Source: Clostridia bacterium (GTDB lineage Bacteria; Bacillota; Clostridia; Christensenellales; DTU072). From it: a stretch of 64,000 nucleotides of DNA. Shown here in pieces: positions 1 through 9,596 of the stretch. The translations under genes and the position numbers were made by a program. The stretch's first letter is position 1, and each line of letters opens with the position of its first letter. The notes beneath the pieces are model-generated. The model saw nothing but the letters and a program-made list of their open reading frames with translations, was not told the origin of the DNA and did no database searches. Location of the stretch: assembly GCA_041670385.1 (NCBI GenBank), contig JBAXZI010000001.1:2092-66091 (forward strand). Reading direction: 5' to 3'.

Positions 1-180
1 ATGGCTACTTTGGGTAGACCACTATCAAAAAGTAAAGAAAATTATGATAAATTGCTAATCGAAAGAACGCCAATTTATGGTAAATTTGCGGATATAATAA
101 TAGAAAATAATTCAAATATAGATTCTACAATAGAAAAAATAATGGAGGCATTACAAAATTATGGAAATATTAGTAATTAA
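1..180 (+). CDS. aroK: shikimate kinase, C-terminal fragment (5' end off-window)
   Basis: Frame 1 is open from base 1 to TAA 178-180 (59 codons, below the ORF-track cutoff). ..GRPLSKSKENYDKLLIERTPIYGKFADIIIENN.. resembles the AroK C-terminus (RPLL...R.P.Y...AD). Overlaps the aroQ start by 20 nt. Confidence 0.5.
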   Translation: MATLGRPLSKSKENYDKLLIERTPIYGKFADIIIENNSNIDSTIEKIMEALQNYGNISN

Positions 181-595
181 CGGTGTAAACCTTAATATGC
201 TTGGAATTAGACAACCCGAAATTTATGGTAAAGAATCTTATGGCGATTTAGTACATTTTATAACAAAAAGTGCCTTAGAATTAGATATATTTGTCGATTG
301 CTACCAAAGTAATTTAGAGGGTGAAATTGTTACAAAAATTCAAAAAGCATATAAAAACTATGATGGTATTATTATTAATGCGGGAGCTTATACTCACACT
401 AGTATAGCTATTCTCGATGCCCTAAAAGCAGTCAATTTGCCTTGCGTAGAGGTTCATCTTAGCGACATAAATAACAGAGAAGATTTCCGTAAATTTAGCT
501 ATATAAGTCTTTATGCAAATAAAATAATTGTCGGCAAAGGTTTTGCTGGATATAGAGATGGCTTGATTTTCCTTAAAAATTTGCTGAATAATTAG
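161..595 (+). CDS. aroQ: 3-dehydroquinate dehydratase, type II
   Basis: 144 aa. INGVNLNMLGIRQPEIYG, QSNLEGEIV, NAGAYTHTSIAILDA and VEVHLSDINNREDFR match type II dehydroquinase signature strings. Confidence 0.9.
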   Translation: MEILVINGVNLNMLGIRQPEIYGKESYGDLVHFITKSALELDIFVDCYQSNLEGEIVTKIQKAYKNYDGIIINAGAYTHTSIAILDALKAVNLPCVEVHLSDINNREDFRKFSYISLYANKIIVGKGFAGYRDGLIFLKNLLNN

Positions 596-603
596 GAATT
601 TAT

Positions 604-634
604 AATATTTTATTCTAAAAATATTGGTTTTTTT
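604..634 (+). terminator. weak candidate terminator after aroQ
   Basis: AT-only 8-bp inverted repeat AATATTTT (604-611) / AAAATATT (618-625) followed by GGTTTTTTT (626-634). The stem has no G:C pairs, so it is weak. Confidence 0.25.
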
Positions 635-692
635 CACTTTTTTTAATGTGATTTACTGGATTTTAATAGCTCCGTACAAATGCAACTTCATA

Positions 693-730
693 TTGACAAA
701 TTGCCACATATATAGTATTATATATATAAT
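693..730 (+). promoter_or_regulatory. two overlapping sigma-A-type promoter candidates for the giant LRR gene
   Basis: Candidate 1: TTGACA (693-698), 17 nt, TATTAT (716-721). Candidate 2: TTGCCA (701-706), 18 nt, TATAAT (725-730). Confidence 0.5.
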
Positions 731-738
731 TATATATT

Positions 739-761
739 TATACGCGCGTTGCGTGCGTATA
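739..761 (+). promoter_or_regulatory. GC-rich stem-loop at the predicted 5' end of the LRR-gene mRNA
   Basis: TATACGCGCG (739-748) pairs with CGTGCGTATA (752-761) as 10 bp including one G.U, with loop TTG. It is the only GC-rich patch in an AT-rich intergenic region and starts about 2-9 nt after the predicted TSS. Confidence 0.35.
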
Positions 762-798
762 CGCATAGGTACTAGTTTATATCTTAGGAGCATATTTC

Positions 799-3700
799 GT
801 GTTGAATAAATTAAGTAAGAAGCATATTATTTTATTAATACTTGTTATCAGTTTGATAGCACTTATTTTTGTAGGTTGTATTCCAAATGGGACAACAACT
901 ACCGCCACCGATGTAGTAATTTCTTTTGACACTGTCGGCGGTTCTGCAATTGCCCCCCGTTCTATAAAAACTAATATATCACAACTTAATTTACCTACTC
1001 CCTCAAAAATTGGATATGATTTTGTAGGCTGGTATAATGATGCAGCATATTCCGATATGGTAAGAACTGCTGTTATACCTACCGAAAATTGCACTTTTTA
1101 CGCAAGATGGGAAAAAAGGTCTATTACCGTTACTTTTGTTGGCGACAATAACTCTACTTTTGTTGATGTGCTTTTTGGTGATAATCTTGAAATTGCAGAT
1201 ATGCCCGAAGTGCCTGCCAAAACAGGATATTCTGGCGTTTGGGATACAACTGCTCTAGCTGACATAACCGAAAATATTACTATTCACGCTATATATACCA
1301 TGCTCGATGGCAATATTTATTATCTTGTCGATGAAGATGATGCTGATGCAAATTATACTTACTCTAATATTACAGGCACTAGCTTTGATGGTCATTTAAT
1401 TTATAATAATCAAACAGGTGTTCCTAACACCTCGGCAACTTTTCCTTCTGTAAGACCTATAAAAACTAATTATTATTTTGCCGGTTGGTATTATGACATT
1501 TATCATAATTATCCTTGTCAACAATTACCTAGCGTAATTCCTTTAGGTTCTACTATTTTGTATGCATATTTTATTGATGTAAATGATATGCCTAAGTATT
1601 TTACTTACACGCAAACCACTACTGATATATGTATAACAGGACTTACAAATGAAGGTAAACTTAAAAGCACTTTAGTCGTTCCTGAAATAATAAACGGCAA
1701 ACCCGTAACTAGTATAGGGACAATAGCTACTAGTGGCAAATCCGCTAGTGAACTTAATGTTTTTGATAGTCGTTATCTTGCATCGATTATCATTCCTAAT
1801 TCGGTAAAAACTATAGGTAGCTTTGCTTTTTCCAAATGTACCTCGCTTACTAATGTAACTATAGATGGAAATGCCCTAACGACAATAGGCACTGGTGCTT
1901 TTGCTGGTTGTACAAACATTATTAACTTTGTTTTACCCGATAGTGTAATGACAATAAATGATTATGCCTTTGCGGGAATAACTTTAGAAGCTAACGATAA
2001 TCCAATTATTCTTGATTTATCCGCTAACGATTGGCGGACACTAGAAACTTGGTACCTTGTTGATATGAAGCTTAATTCTTTTGTTATTAATAATACAAGT
2101 TCTCTAAACAACTTAAGTAACCGTTTCTTATATAACACGCCTAATTTAAGTATTTTGAATATTCCAAACACAATTAGTATAATTAATAATCAAATTTTTG
2201 ATGGAACAAGTCTAAACGAAATTTACATATATGCAGGCAATGCCGAATTGCAAAATATAAATTCAGCTGTATATTCTAGTGATGGCAAGACACTTTTGTA
2301 TTATCCCAGTAAAGGTAATTCTTCAATTACTCTAGCAACAACCACTGAAAATATAGCACCTTTTGCATTCTATAACACAACAACACTTACTAATGTAATA
2401 ACAAATTCTTTACTAAAAACTATAGGAACCTATGCTTTTAGCAATAGTACAAGCCTATCAACTATAAATCTTGAAAACTCGGCTTTAGTTTCAATAGATG
2501 AATATGCCTTTAGCAATTTGAATAATCTAGTTAGTGTAACATTCCCTGCTTCCTTGCGTACAATAGCTAATCATTCTTTTGAAAATTGCACGGGACTTAC
2601 TTCTGTAATTTTTAATGGCAATCAGATAAATTCGATAAACCCTTATTCTTTCTATAATTGTACTAGTTTACAGAGTATAGCTATACCACAATATGTATCC
2701 ACAATAGGCAATAATGCCTTTAATAATTGTAACTCACTAGAAAATGTGACTTTTAATATGAATTCTACATTGCAATATATTAATAGCTACGCATTTACAA
2801 ACTGTACAAGTCTAAATCCACTAACTTTGCCATCGACATTATTGTCTATAGGCGATTATGCTTTTGCTAGCGTTGCGGATAAAGATGGAACGATTACGCC
2901 TAATAATGCTGGTGTTAGCTTTGAAGATACCCCAAGTCTTACTTCAATAGGTAACTACGCTTTCCAATATAATCAAGGAATTACTACAGTTAAGTTGCCT
3001 TCATCGCTTAATTTTATGGGAATAGGAATATTTTATAATTGTAGTAAAATTAATAATTTATTACTTATCAATATTCTTACTATACCTACAATTCCTGCAT
3101 ATACTTTTTATGGTTGCAATTCGATTAACAAAAATGTAATATTCCCTACCACAATTACTGAAATCGGCAACTACGCTTTTTATAATTGCGAAAAAATTCC
3201 TACAATAAAATTTAGTAATATCCAAACTATTGGGACACACGCTTTTGAAAATTGTATTATGCTTAATGAGGGCCCTACCAATGAAATATTGCCACAAAGC
3301 ATTACATCTTTAGGCGAATATGCTTTTGCTAATTGTCAAAATATAACTACTGTTGATATTCCTAACGGTCTTGTATCTATTAGTGAAAATGCCTTTAATT
3401 CTTGCAAATTGCTTGCTTTGGTTAGATTTAATTCAGGTTGCATAATAGAAACAATTAAAGAAAATGCGTTTGCTAATTGTACTAGTTTGACAACTTTTGA
3501 TATACCTGCTACTTTACTTGCCCGCAGCGAAAATACTGGGTTTGTAAAAAATCCTTTCATTGGCTGTACAAATTTAGTTGAATTTACTGCTGTAAATAGC
3601 AATAACAATAATATCGTTGCAATTAATGGAGTGCTTTATACAATAGGAGACATAATAAATAGCGACCAAACTTATTCTATTTATGCTTATCCTACCGGAC

Positions 3701-6700
3701 TTGGCGGAAGTCTAGAAATAGCAACTAACATAACCAGCATAGAGAATTATGCTTTCTATGGAAGTGCTATAGACCAACTTACTTTCGCTATTAATACAAT
3801 TTCAGATAATAAAATGTCTTTATTCCTTACTTCTATCGGTGATTATGCATTCAGCAAATCTAGCGACTTGGCAAGTGTAATCTTATCATCAAAAATCATA
3901 AATGTAGGCGATTATGCTTTTGCTGAAAACCCTAAATTGCAAACTTTAATAATATCCAATACAGAAATAACTAATGGTGCAACTATTGCAGCAACACCTA
4001 CAGCAACTTATGAAATACTTAATAATTCTGTTGCTGAAAACAACAAATTAGCTTTAGGTCATAATAGTTTTGATAGTTGTGCAATAACATCTCTATTTAT
4101 ACCATCAAGGGTTACTGCCATAGGCAATAATGCTTTTTCCAACTGCTATAACATGTTATCAGCTAATTTTGCTACTTCGGATTTTAATGATGACCTAACT
4201 ATAGGAGATTATGCTTTCTACCGTGACAACGGTCTTACTTCACTTATATTGCCATCAACACTAAGTGCTATCGGCAATTACTCATTTGCTTGGTGCGTTA
4301 ATATTATTAATATTAGGTTTACTTATAAAGTAGGAAAAACTCTTACAATTGGTCAATATGCGTTTAACAATTGCAATTATTTGTACGAAATTGAATTCCC
4401 TGCTTCGCTAATTTCTCTTGGAAAAGGTGTGTTTAGTCAAAATACTAGATTAAAATATGTAACATTCCCTAATACAATCACAACAACAATAGATAATAAT
4501 GGACAAATGATAATTCCTGAAGATGCATTTTTAGATGCTACTAGTTTAGAGAGTATTACCATACCTAAGTATGTATCAGAAATTGGTAAATCTAGCTTTG
4601 CTAATCTAAAAATCCACGAATTAATAATAGAAAATGATTCTACATCGCTAAAAATAGGCGATTATGCGTTAAGTGGTCTAACAAATCTTTCTAGTATAAC
4701 CACTACCCGCACATTAGAACTTTATAAATATGCACTATACAATACACCAATAACTCAATTAAATGCTACAATATTACGACTTGATAATTATGCATTGAGC
4801 CGTACAAATTTAAGTACTTTTACTATTGATTCTACTTGCTTTATAGATAGTATGGACGTAATTGGTGAAGGTTGTTTCGCTGATACCTTATATCTAAATA
4901 ATATTACTATTAACTTAATAGGCAATAATATCCAAATTCCTGCTTATTGTTTTGAAAATAGTATTATTTCTACTATAACTTTTACTGCTGTTCCTCAAAC
5001 TTTAATTTTAGGTGATTATTGTTTTGCAAACACACCTAATCTTGTTAATATTTTATTCCTTAATACAAGCGGTGCTAATTTATCCGCAACAAACGAAATA
5101 AATATTGGGGATAGTAGTTTTAAAAACAACGCAATAACTAATATTAATATTAATTCTGATAATTTATTAACAATTAATGAAAATGCTTTCAGCTATATGC
5201 CTAAAATCCAAAGCATAATTGCTAATGCTGATACAATAATTGATATTGGGAAATTCGCTTTTAGTAATTCGCCTAAGTTGAATTGTTTAGAAATAACAGC
5301 AACCACACAAATTTCTAATTTAAGCGATGGCTTTATCAGCTTTACCAGTAATTTACAAGAAATTACTTTATTAGATACTAGCAGCAAATATATAGTAGAA
5401 GATAATGTAGTTTACAATGCCCATAATAACAGTTTAGTGGCTTATCCTTCAGGGAAAAAGGGGTCTACTTATCAAATTAAGCTAGACACTACCACTTTAA
5501 ATGATTATGCTTTTGCGGGCAATACCAACCTTAGTAATTTAATTTTAGTCGGGGATACTGTAATAACCAAAAATGAAAACACTTTCAAATCTACTGGTAC
5601 AATCAAGATATTTGTGCCTAGTGATTTAATCGATAGCTATATTAATCAATGGCAAACTACTAATGTATCATATATAAATGTTGATTTTGACAATATGCTA
5701 CTTAGATTAATTTCTGGAAACAATTATGCTGTAGAAAAATATACTGGTGTTGATGTGAATTTAACTATAAACAATATTATAGTTGTTGGAGAAGTAACCT
5801 ATAAGATTGTATCAATAGATGATAATGCATTCAAAAATAACGCTATTTTACAAACAGTGCTAATTAAAAATGGTATAAATGAATTGGGTACCTATTCCTT
5901 TGCAAATTGCGTCAACCTAACTAGTGTAACTATGGAAAGTGTATTTTACATAAATAGATACGCATTTAACAATTGTACCAAATTATCGACGGTAACCTTT
6001 GCACAAGGACTTACAGATATTAATGCCTTTGCTTTTAACAATTGCAGCAAACTTGATAATTTGATATTCCCTGATTCGCTTATCTCTATAAGTAATTCTT
6101 CATTTGCAAATTGTACTAGTCTTATTAATATAGAACTACCATCAAGCCTAACTACTATCGGTGCAAACGGCTTTGCTAATTGTTCTAATTTAGTCAAGAT
6201 TACTATTCCTCAAAAAGTAAATTATATAGGGAATTATGCGTTTGCCAACTGCAGCAATCTTACCTTTGTTTATATGCAAACCGAAATGGTTCCTAAAATT
6301 AGTATAGAAACTTTTTCTAAAACTCAAGAAAGTATGACTATTTTGGTACCAGAAAGATTAAAAGTAGATTTCCAAAGCACGCTATATTGGAGAAATTTTG
6401 CAAAAACAATTCTTATTAATGAAAATATTTATTTAGGAAGTTATGTACTACAAAAAATATCTGATACGAATAACTATCAATTAGCTTGTATCTTAGATGA
6501 GTCTTATAGTAATTTACCACATATAATTGATGGAAAAACAGTAACTGTTATTGGAAAAAATGCAATAAGTAGATTCGCAACAACATTAACAATTGAAGAA
6601 GGCTATCAAATTATTAATGATTACGCTTTTGCATGCAGCAAAAATATATCTACGGTAAATTTACCTTCTACCATAACATCTATTGGTAATCATGCATTCT

Positions 6701-8982
6701 ATAATTGCAATGCTTTATCCGAATTATCAATATCTAACTCGCCAAGTATTTCTGCACTAACGACTATCGGCGACTATGCCTTTTATAATACCAATCTAAA
6801 TCATATATCTATACCAAGTAAAGTAAACTACATAGGCAAATATGCACTAAGTGCGGATTTGTCCACTTCTTTATCAACCATTACTTTTAATTTATTACCA
6901 AATAGTAGTGTTTCTCTAACAATAGACGACTATGCTTTCAAAAATAATCAACTATTACGAGAAATTGTTTTTAATGGATATGTTATGCAACTTGGTATTG
7001 GTGCATTCGATAATTGTTTATCCCTAAACAAAATAGAATTTAATTCTATAAGCGATGCACCTGCAACAAAAGACGACACTACTTTGTTTGCTAATTGTAC
7101 ATCTCTTAGCGTGTTTGTCCCTAATATCGAAATGAGTTACAAATTCAAAGGTGCTTTTACAAATAGTAATGATAAGACCAAAATAGTTGTTATTTCTAAT
7201 ATGATTAGAGATACAACTAATTCAATTAAATACGAAAAACAAAACGGAATGCGTGTCGTTGTGGATACCTATAATTATTTTGTTTATAATATGTTATCAA
7301 GTACAAATTGTGTAGAAATTATTAATTATATAGGCGAATATACAGGTGATTTTATTGATTATCAAAATACTGCCGATGATGCGCCTAGAGATAGCGATAT
7401 AATAATCCCTAGCACTATTTTAGTTGGTGGTACTACATATTTTGTGACCAAAATAGGGAGTTATGCTTTCAATAATGTAATAACCTCTGTTTCTATCCCT
7501 GATTCCATATCAGAAATTAGCAGTTTTGCTTTTTATAAAGCAACTTCCCTAAGACAAATATCCATTGGTTCACAAAGTCAATTAAAAACAATTGGTGCAA
7601 AAGCCTTTGCTTATTGTACTTCCCTAACAAATATTTATTTCCCTAAATCAATCACTTCCATAGGTGATAGTGCATTCTATTATTGTGAAAACTTAAGTAG
7701 TGTAACCTTTGAAAACCTACTTGCTAGTGATGTAGAGACAAAACTTGTATTGAATGATTATATCTTTTCTTATTGCACTTTACTAACAACAATCAGTTTG
7801 CCAAAGCATTTGGAATCGTTAGGTGGTTATGCCTTTAGTAATTGCACATTACTTAGCAATATTGATTTCCAATTTGATGAAGATGGTGCTGACCAAATAA
7901 TAAAAGATTATTGTTTTGAAAATACGGCTTTAAAAACAATTACTCTCCCTTCTACTATAAGATCAGTGGGTGATTATGCTTTTAAGGATTGCAGCGACTT
8001 AAAATCTGTTTATATTTGTAGAATAAACGACACGCACAATTCTCTTACTAGTACTAGGTCTCATGTGTTTAATGGTATTAGCAATCCATTTATTAGAGTA
8101 TATGTACCTCTAAGTGTACTTACTAACTATGCCGCTATTGAAGGCTGGAATACTAAGTCAGTACTTGCTAATCAAGCAGATAATAGCAATATGTTTAATT
8201 ACCAAATTGCTTATGGTGCTGCAATAATTACCAACTTTATTTCTGACAATACAATTATTAACATTCCTAAATCTATAGAAATAACTGCTTTTGGAGAAAC
8301 AAATAACTATAATATTTCCACTATCGCAGCATTGGCCGGTAACGCTAATATAGAAGAAATTAGGTTTTCTCTAGATTCTGAAATAAATGCCATCGCTGAA
8401 AATGCTTTTGCTTATTGTACAAGCCTAATAAAAATAGTTCTACCTAACAGCCTAAACATTATCGGGAAAAATGCTTTTACACATTGTAGCAGTCTTACGG
8501 ATATTGTATTGCCGAATAGCATTGATACCTTAATAAATCGTACATTTACCTATTGTAGTTCGCTAAAAGAAATAACTATACCAAGTAATATAACTACTAT
8601 TTCCGAGGCTTGCTTTAGTAATTGCCCATCACTTAATCGTGTAATCGTAGAAAGTACAACGATACATTCTTTAGGAAGTGGTGTTTTCGATAACACAAAT
8701 TCTCATTTGGTTGTTATTGTGCCTACTGCCTTAAAAGCTAGTTATAAAAATGAATGGACAAAATACGCTAATAAAATTTATGCAAGAAGTGAAATGTATG
8801 GAGACTATGTTTATACTGATACTGCTGAAGGTATTGTTATTAAACAATATAATGGCGATAAATTATTAATAGATAATGCTACCATTGATTCTATAGAAAT
8901 TTTAGGTAAAAAAATAATAAACTTTGAACAAGCAACTTGCGTTAATCCTAACACAATAATAGATTGGAGAATAAATGGATAA
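799..8982 (+). CDS. giant BspA-type leucine-rich-repeat surface lipoprotein (2,727 aa)
   Basis: GTG start 8 nt after AGGAG (786-790). Signal peptide with lipobox IFVG|C (Cys27). N-terminal GY.F.GWY units resemble the Listeria-Bacteroides / InlB B-repeat. The rest is dozens of ~23-25-aa units of the BspA/LRR_5 type (IP.SV..IG..AF..C.SL..V.I). Confidence 0.85.
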   Translation: MLNKLSKKHIILLILVISLIALIFVGCIPNGTTTTATDVVISFDTVGGSAIAPRSIKTNISQLNLPTPSKIGYDFVGWYNDAAYSDMVRTAVIPTENCTFYARWEKRSITVTFVGDNNSTFVDVLFGDNLEIADMPEVPAKTGYSGVWDTTALADITENITIHAIYTMLDGNIYYLVDEDDADANYTYSNITGTSFDGHLIYNNQTGVPNTSATFPSVRPIKTNYYFAGWYYDIYHNYPCQQLPSVIPLGSTILYAYFIDVNDMPKYFTYTQTTTDICITGLTNEGKLKSTLVVPEIINGKPVTSIGTIATSGKSASELNVFDSRYLASIIIPNSVKTIGSFAFSKCTSLTNVTIDGNALTTIGTGAFAGCTNIINFVLPDSVMTINDYAFAGITLEANDNPIILDLSANDWRTLETWYLVDMKLNSFVINNTSSLNNLSNRFLYNTPNLSILNIPNTISIINNQIFDGTSLNEIYIYAGNAELQNINSAVYSSDGKTLLYYPSKGNSSITLATTTENIAPFAFYNTTTLTNVITNSLLKTIGTYAFSNSTSLSTINLENSALVSIDEYAFSNLNNLVSVTFPASLRTIANHSFENCTGLTSVIFNGNQINSINPYSFYNCTSLQSIAIPQYVSTIGNNAFNNCNSLENVTFNMNSTLQYINSYAFTNCTSLNPLTLPSTLLSIGDYAFASVADKDGTITPNNAGVSFEDTPSLTSIGNYAFQYNQGITTVKLPSSLNFMGIGIFYNCSKINNLLLINILTIPTIPAYTFYGCNSINKNVIFPTTITEIGNYAFYNCEKIPTIKFSNIQTIGTHAFENCIMLNEGPTNEILPQSITSLGEYAFANCQNITTVDIPNGLVSISENAFNSCKLLALVRFNSGCIIETIKENAFANCTSLTTFDIPATLLARSENTGFVKNPFIGCTNLVEFTAVNSNNNNIVAINGVLYTIGDIINSDQTYSIYAYPTGLGGSLEIATNITSIENYAFYGSAIDQLTFAINTISDNKMSLFLTSIGDYAFSKSSDLASVILSSKIINVGDYAFAENPKLQTLIISNTEITNGATIAATPTATYEILNNSVAENNKLALGHNSFDSCAITSLFIPSRVTAIGNNAFSNCYNMLSANFATSDFNDDLTIGDYAFYRDNGLTSLILPSTLSAIGNYSFAWCVNIINIRFTYKVGKTLTIGQYAFNNCNYLYEIEFPASLISLGKGVFSQNTRLKYVTFPNTITTTIDNNGQMIIPEDAFLDATSLESITIPKYVSEIGKSSFANLKIHELIIENDSTSLKIGDYALSGLTNLSSITTTRTLELYKYALYNTPITQLNATILRLDNYALSRTNLSTFTIDSTCFIDSMDVIGEGCFADTLYLNNITINLIGNNIQIPAYCFENSIISTITFTAVPQTLILGDYCFANTPNLVNILFLNTSGANLSATNEINIGDSSFKNNAITNININSDNLLTINENAFSYMPKIQSIIANADTIIDIGKFAFSNSPKLNCLEITATTQISNLSDGFISFTSNLQEITLLDTSSKYIVEDNVVYNAHNNSLVAYPSGKKGSTYQIKLDTTTLNDYAFAGNTNLSNLILVGDTVITKNENTFKSTGTIKIFVPSDLIDSYINQWQTTNVSYINVDFDNMLLRLISGNNYAVEKYTGVDVNLTINNIIVVGEVTYKIVSIDDNAFKNNAILQTVLIKNGINELGTYSFANCVNLTSVTMESVFYINRYAFNNCTKLSTVTFAQGLTDINAFAFNNCSKLDNLIFPDSLISISNSSFANCTSLINIELPSSLTTIGANGFANCSNLVKITIPQKVNYIGNYAFANCSNLTFVYMQTEMVPKISIETFSKTQESMTILVPERLKVDFQSTLYWRNFAKTILINENIYLGSYVLQKISDTNNYQLACILDESYSNLPHIIDGKTVTVIGKNAISRFATTLTIEEGYQIINDYAFACSKNISTVNLPSTITSIGNHAFYNCNALSELSISNSPSISALTTIGDYAFYNTNLNHISIPSKVNYIGKYALSADLSTSLSTITFNLLPNSSVSLTIDDYAFKNNQLLREIVFNGYVMQLGIGAFDNCLSLNKIEFNSISDAPATKDDTTLFANCTSLSVFVPNIEMSYKFKGAFTNSNDKTKIVVISNMIRDTTNSIKYEKQNGMRVVVDTYNYFVYNMLSSTNCVEIINYIGEYTGDFIDYQNTADDAPRDSDIIIPSTILVGGTTYFVTKIGSYAFNNVITSVSIPDSISEISSFAFYKATSLRQISIGSQSQLKTIGAKAFAYCTSLTNIYFPKSITSIGDSAFYYCENLSSVTFENLLASDVETKLVLNDYIFSYCTLLTTISLPKHLESLGGYAFSNCTLLSNIDFQFDEDGADQIIKDYCFENTALKTITLPSTIRSVGDYAFKDCSDLKSVYICRINDTHNSLTSTRSHVFNGISNPFIRVYVPLSVLTNYAAIEGWNTKSVLANQADNSNMFNYQIAYGAAIITNFISDNTIINIPKSIEITAFGETNNYNISTIAALAGNANIEEIRFSLDSEINAIAENAFAYCTSLIKIVLPNSLNIIGKNAFTHCSSLTDIVLPNSIDTLINRTFTYCSSLKEITIPSNITTISEACFSNCPSLNRVIVESTTIHSLGSGVFDNTNSHLVVIVPTALKASYKNEWTKYANKIYARSEMYGDYVYTDTAEGIVIKQYNGDKLLIDNATIDSIEILGKKIINFEQATCVNPNTIIDWRING

Positions 8983-9517
8983 TTTTTATAAAGTTAATAT
9001 TTGCGGAAGAGAAGAAACTTTGCCAATACTTCCGATAAGCCCGACCTTATCAATTGCTTTTTTTAATTTACATGGGGCACAAGAACTAACCGAATTTTGT
9101 GCAAGCGAATTAGCAAAAAAACTAGAAGGGTGTGAAGTGGTTATTACAGCCGAAAGTAAAGGCTTACAACTAGCACACTGCATAGCCCGTAATTTAGGGC
9201 AGAAATACTATGCCGTGGCTCGTAAAACGAAAAAATTATATATGCAAGACGGTATAACTTCTAATGTAAATTCTATTACCACTGATGGAGAACAAACCCT
9301 TTATTTAAGCAATGCCGACGCAGCACTTATTAAAGACAAAAAAGTAGCAATCGTAGATGATGTTATTTCTACTGGTGGCAGTTTATTAGGTTTAGAAAAC
9401 TTGGTTCGTATTGCGGGTGGAATAATTGAAAAGAAAGCATTTGTGCTTGCAGAAGGCGATGCACAATATAGAAAAGATGTGGTTTTTCTTTCTACAATAC
9501 CACTAATAACAAAATAA
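8975..9517 (+). CDS. type I phosphoribosyltransferase (adenine/xanthine PRT-like)
   Basis: 180 aa with PRPP-binding loop VAIVDDVISTGGS and upstream AESKG...ARK. The ATG overlaps the LRR-gene stop by 8 nt. Confidence 0.75.
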   Translation: MDNFYKVNICGREETLPILPISPTLSIAFFNLHGAQELTEFCASELAKKLEGCEVVITAESKGLQLAHCIARNLGQKYYAVARKTKKLYMQDGITSNVNSITTDGEQTLYLSNADAALIKDKKVAIVDDVISTGGSLLGLENLVRIAGGIIEKKAFVLAEGDAQYRKDVVFLSTIPLITK

Positions 9518-9596
9518 ATAAATGTTATCAAAAAAATCTACTAAAATTAAGTTTTGTTTATAGTTTTGGTATGATAATTATATAAATAGGAGAAAT

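Noticed and set aside
799-8982. Regular ~70-75-nt DNA periodicity that could be mistaken for a CRISPR-like or satellite array
   Set aside because: The periodicity is the coding LRR unit inside one continuous ORF. The units are divergent at DNA level, with no identical repeats or unique spacers.
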